Below are positions 63,101-64,000 of a DNA stretch of 64,000 nucleotides, piece by piece. The DNA comes from Eledone cirrhosa (taxonomy: Eukaryota): the NCBI GenBank assembly GCA_964016885.1, contig OZ024741.1, positions 222,146,001 to 222,210,000 on the forward strand, read 5' to 3'. The number at the start of each line of letters is the position of its first letter. Position 1 is the stretch's first letter. The notes under the pieces are model-generated. The model searched no databases and was not told the DNA's origin. It worked only from the letters and a program-made list of their open reading frames with translations. A program made the position numbers and the translations under genes.

Positions 63101-63307
63101 TTACATAACATTTTTATTAATGTGATTTTAGGCAGCTGAAGGAGGCTTTTGTGTACCTGTTAAATGGTGGGTACACTCATTCTGAATTACAACTTCGAAA
63201 TGACTTACTTGTCATCGCATCTCTGATAGCTTCGCAAAAGCCTGATGCTCCATTCATTGAGACAGGATTCCTGCGACAACTAGTTTCCTATGCAATATTC
63301 CCAGAAG
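40745..63307 (+). CDS. CFAP69: Cilia- and flagella-associated protein 69, 5' part: join(40745-40834,48016-48078,50533-50598,52816-53002,54424-54522,57480-57553,61087-61168,61852-62032,63132-63307); continues beyond the window
   Basis: Nine exons join in phase. Peptides [54 protein letters not shown]...QLSNLECM and [14 protein letters not shown]...PFIETGF match my recollection of vertebrate CFAP69 ([35 protein letters not shown]). Confidence 0.88.
42360..43100 (-). mobile_element. CRE-like (restriction-like endonuclease) non-LTR retrotransposon remnant
   Basis: GLHPLSC...[12 protein letters not shown]...[11 protein letters not shown]...[12 protein letters not shown]...[10 protein letters not shown]. 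Confidence 0.7.
43130..43345 (+). mobile_element. Second CRE-like C-terminal fragment, opposite orientation
   Basis: [11 protein letters not shown]...[10 protein letters not shown]...NVFSIL. Confidence 0.6.
43900..44200 (+). mobile_element. Highly decayed RTE-like LINE fragment
   Basis: RWREY...[20 protein letters not shown]. Confidence 0.5.
46149..46189 (-). ncRNA. Minimal type I hammerhead ribozyme motif (inverted copy)
   Basis: CATTG-CTGACGA-TAACTAATAAGCTT-GAAAC-TA-GTA-CAGCG. Confidence 0.7.
46473..46515 (+). ncRNA. Minimal type I hammerhead ribozyme motif
   Basis: ACGTTG-CTGACGA-TAGCTAATAAGCTT-GAAAC-TA-GTA-GAGCGT: intact core, AGCT/AGCT stem II, palindromic ACTAGT stem III region. Confidence 0.75.
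47261..47467. mobile_element. TTAA-flanked piggyBac-like MITE; copies at 48189-48404, 54805-54978 and 61460-61677, partial at about 5380-5492
   Basis: TTAA|CCCTTTAGCATT...AATGCTAAAGGG|TTAA termini. Confidence 0.8.
48016..48078 (+). CDS. CFAP69: CFAP69 exon ([21 protein letters not shown])
   Basis: ttttAG / GTAAGT borders. Confidence 0.85.
48400..48550 (+). repeat. Approximately 24-bp degenerate tandem repeat
   Basis: GTCTAAATTRAAGTTAATCTAC-like units, also at 48135-48180. Confidence 0.65.
50533..50598 (+). CDS. CFAP69: CFAP69 exon ([22 protein letters not shown]), followed by a U12-type donor
   Basis: ttttAG acceptor, GTATCCTC donor at 50599. Confidence 0.82.
50599..52815 (+). other. U12-type (minor spliceosome) GT-AG intron of CFAP69
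   Basis: 5' site GTATCCTC; branch point CCTTAAC at 52800-52806 just upstream of the CAG at 52813-52815; no polypyrimidine tract. Confidence 0.85.
52816..53002 (+). CDS. CFAP69: CFAP69 exon ([12 protein letters not shown]...[14 protein letters not shown]...FSQI)
   Basis: cAG / GTAAGA borders; lies within ORF 52789-53067. Confidence 0.9.
54424..54522 (+). CDS. CFAP69: CFAP69 exon ([23 protein letters not shown]...)
   Basis: ctgtAG / GTAAGT borders, phase 1-1. Confidence 0.87.
55302..55545. mobile_element. Second TTAA-flanked MITE family (related piece from about 32770)
   Basis: TTAA|CCCTTTTG...CAAAAGGG|TTAA. Confidence 0.7.
56037..56560 (+). mobile_element. Two copies of a third tRNA-derived SINE type
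   Basis: GGCCTAGTGGT A box, GGTTCGATTCC B box, TTCTTGAGCAAAGCACT middle. Confidence 0.65.
57480..57553 (+). CDS. CFAP69: CFAP69 exon ([25 protein letters not shown])
   Basis: tgcAG / GTAAGT borders, phase 1-0. Confidence 0.78.
58347..58395 (-). ncRNA. Minimal type I hammerhead motif with one core substitution
   Basis: TTGCT-CCGAAGA-ATCCAAACCTCGGTTTGGAG-GAAAC-AATT-GTA-AGCAA; stems I and II pair, palindromic ACAATTGT. Confidence 0.7.
58820..59432 (-). mobile_element. Internally deleted RTE-type element in a (TA)/(CA) tract, with a structured 5' end and a C2H2-like 3' remnant
   Basis: [16 protein letters not shown] near the 3' end; HDV-like elements at 59351-59432. Confidence 0.55.
59433..60340. 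repeat. Compound (TA)/(CA) microsatellite field
   Basis: Seen directly; explains the YI/CV/HT-rich ORFs. Other long (TA)n tracts at 19250-19335, 22272-22385 and 25335-25390. Confidence 0.95.
61087..61168 (+). CDS. CFAP69: CFAP69 exon ([27 protein letters not shown])
   Basis: Long pyrimidine tract plus tAG; GTAAGA donor; an in-frame alternative cAG acceptor lies 9 nt downstream. Confidence 0.8.
61852..62032 (+). CDS. CFAP69: CFAP69 exon ([10 protein letters not shown]...[12 protein letters not shown]...QLSNLECM)
   Basis: tttcAG / GTGAGT borders. Confidence 0.9.
62653..62753. mobile_element. Tc1/mariner-type MITE with TA target duplication
   Basis: TA|CAGGGTGTCTCCCCAAAA...TTTTGGGGACACCCTG|TA. 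Confidence 0.8.
63132..63307 (+). CDS. CFAP69: CFAP69 exon ([10 protein letters not shown]...QLRNDLLVI...AIFPE)
   Basis: ttttAG / GTGAGA borders. Confidence 0.9.
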
Positions 63308-64000
63308 GTGAGATTTTTTTTTTTTTTCATTCTTCAAATATAATGGTATTAGATATTCTGATATGGACATGTGATGTGTATGGATGATGATCACTGAGTG
63401 AAGGATTGGCCAGAAATATCAGTGGAAGGAAGTTTAAGTAGAGGAGAACCAAAGATGATCTCGACAGGGGTTATGAGAGTTGATCTTAAACTGCTGAAGC
63501 TCACAGAAGAGATGATGAAGGATCACAAGTGGAGGGATGCTGGAAATATCCCTCCCCCAACCCACACAAGCATGGAAAAGTGAACATAAAATGATGATAA
63601 TTGTTTCTACTTTTGGCACAAGGCCAGCAATTACCCAGTACATTACTGGTACTTTATTTTATTGACCCCCGTAAGGATGAAAGGCAAAGTTAACCTCGAC
63701 GGGATTTGAACTCAGACCGTAAAGGGACGTAACTATGCTGGAAAGCATGGCGTCCGACTCTCTACCGATACTGATGATAATTGTTTCTACTTTAGGCACA
63801 AGGCCAGCAATTACCCAGTGCATTACTGGTACTTTATTTTATCGACCCCGTAAGGATGAAAGGCAAAGTCAACCTTGGCGGGATTTGAACTCAGATCGTA
63901 AAGGGACGTAACTATGCTGGAAAGCATGGCGTCCGACCCTCTACCGATACTGCCAATCCACCAATGATGATCAATTTGACACAGAAAAATAAACAACAAC

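Noticed and set aside
8923-63307. Functional link between IDS and CFAP69
   Set aside because: They are only adjacent; nothing in the sequence suggests co-regulation.

Overview
Eukaryotic, AT-rich, repeat-dense genomic DNA, most likely from an octopod cephalopod (inferred from the SINE/LINE repertoire, not proven). Two intron-rich + strand genes can be spliced by hand with consistent reading phase. The first is iduronate 2-sulfatase (IDS; 7 confident coding exons, 8923-29043; the first exon is uncertain). The second is the 5' part of CFAP69 (9 exons, 40745-63307, continuing past the window). CFAP69 has a clear U12-type (minor spliceosome) intron and an upstream RFX X-box. The rest is mostly transposon debris: CR1, RTE, Tx1/L1-like and CRE-like LINEs, Penelope-like elements (one Naiad-like), Helitrons, mariner remnants, TTAA and TA MITEs, two abundant tRNA-derived SINE families, and mini/microsatellites. 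The most unusual layer is non-coding. Several unrelated short elements, mostly fold-backs sitting in (TA)n tracts, carry minimal type I hammerhead ribozyme motifs, and one RTE-derived element has an HDV-ribozyme-like 5' end. I see no evidence of a prokaryotic-type system (no CRISPR, operon or prophage). All homology calls come from recognising motifs, not from database searches.
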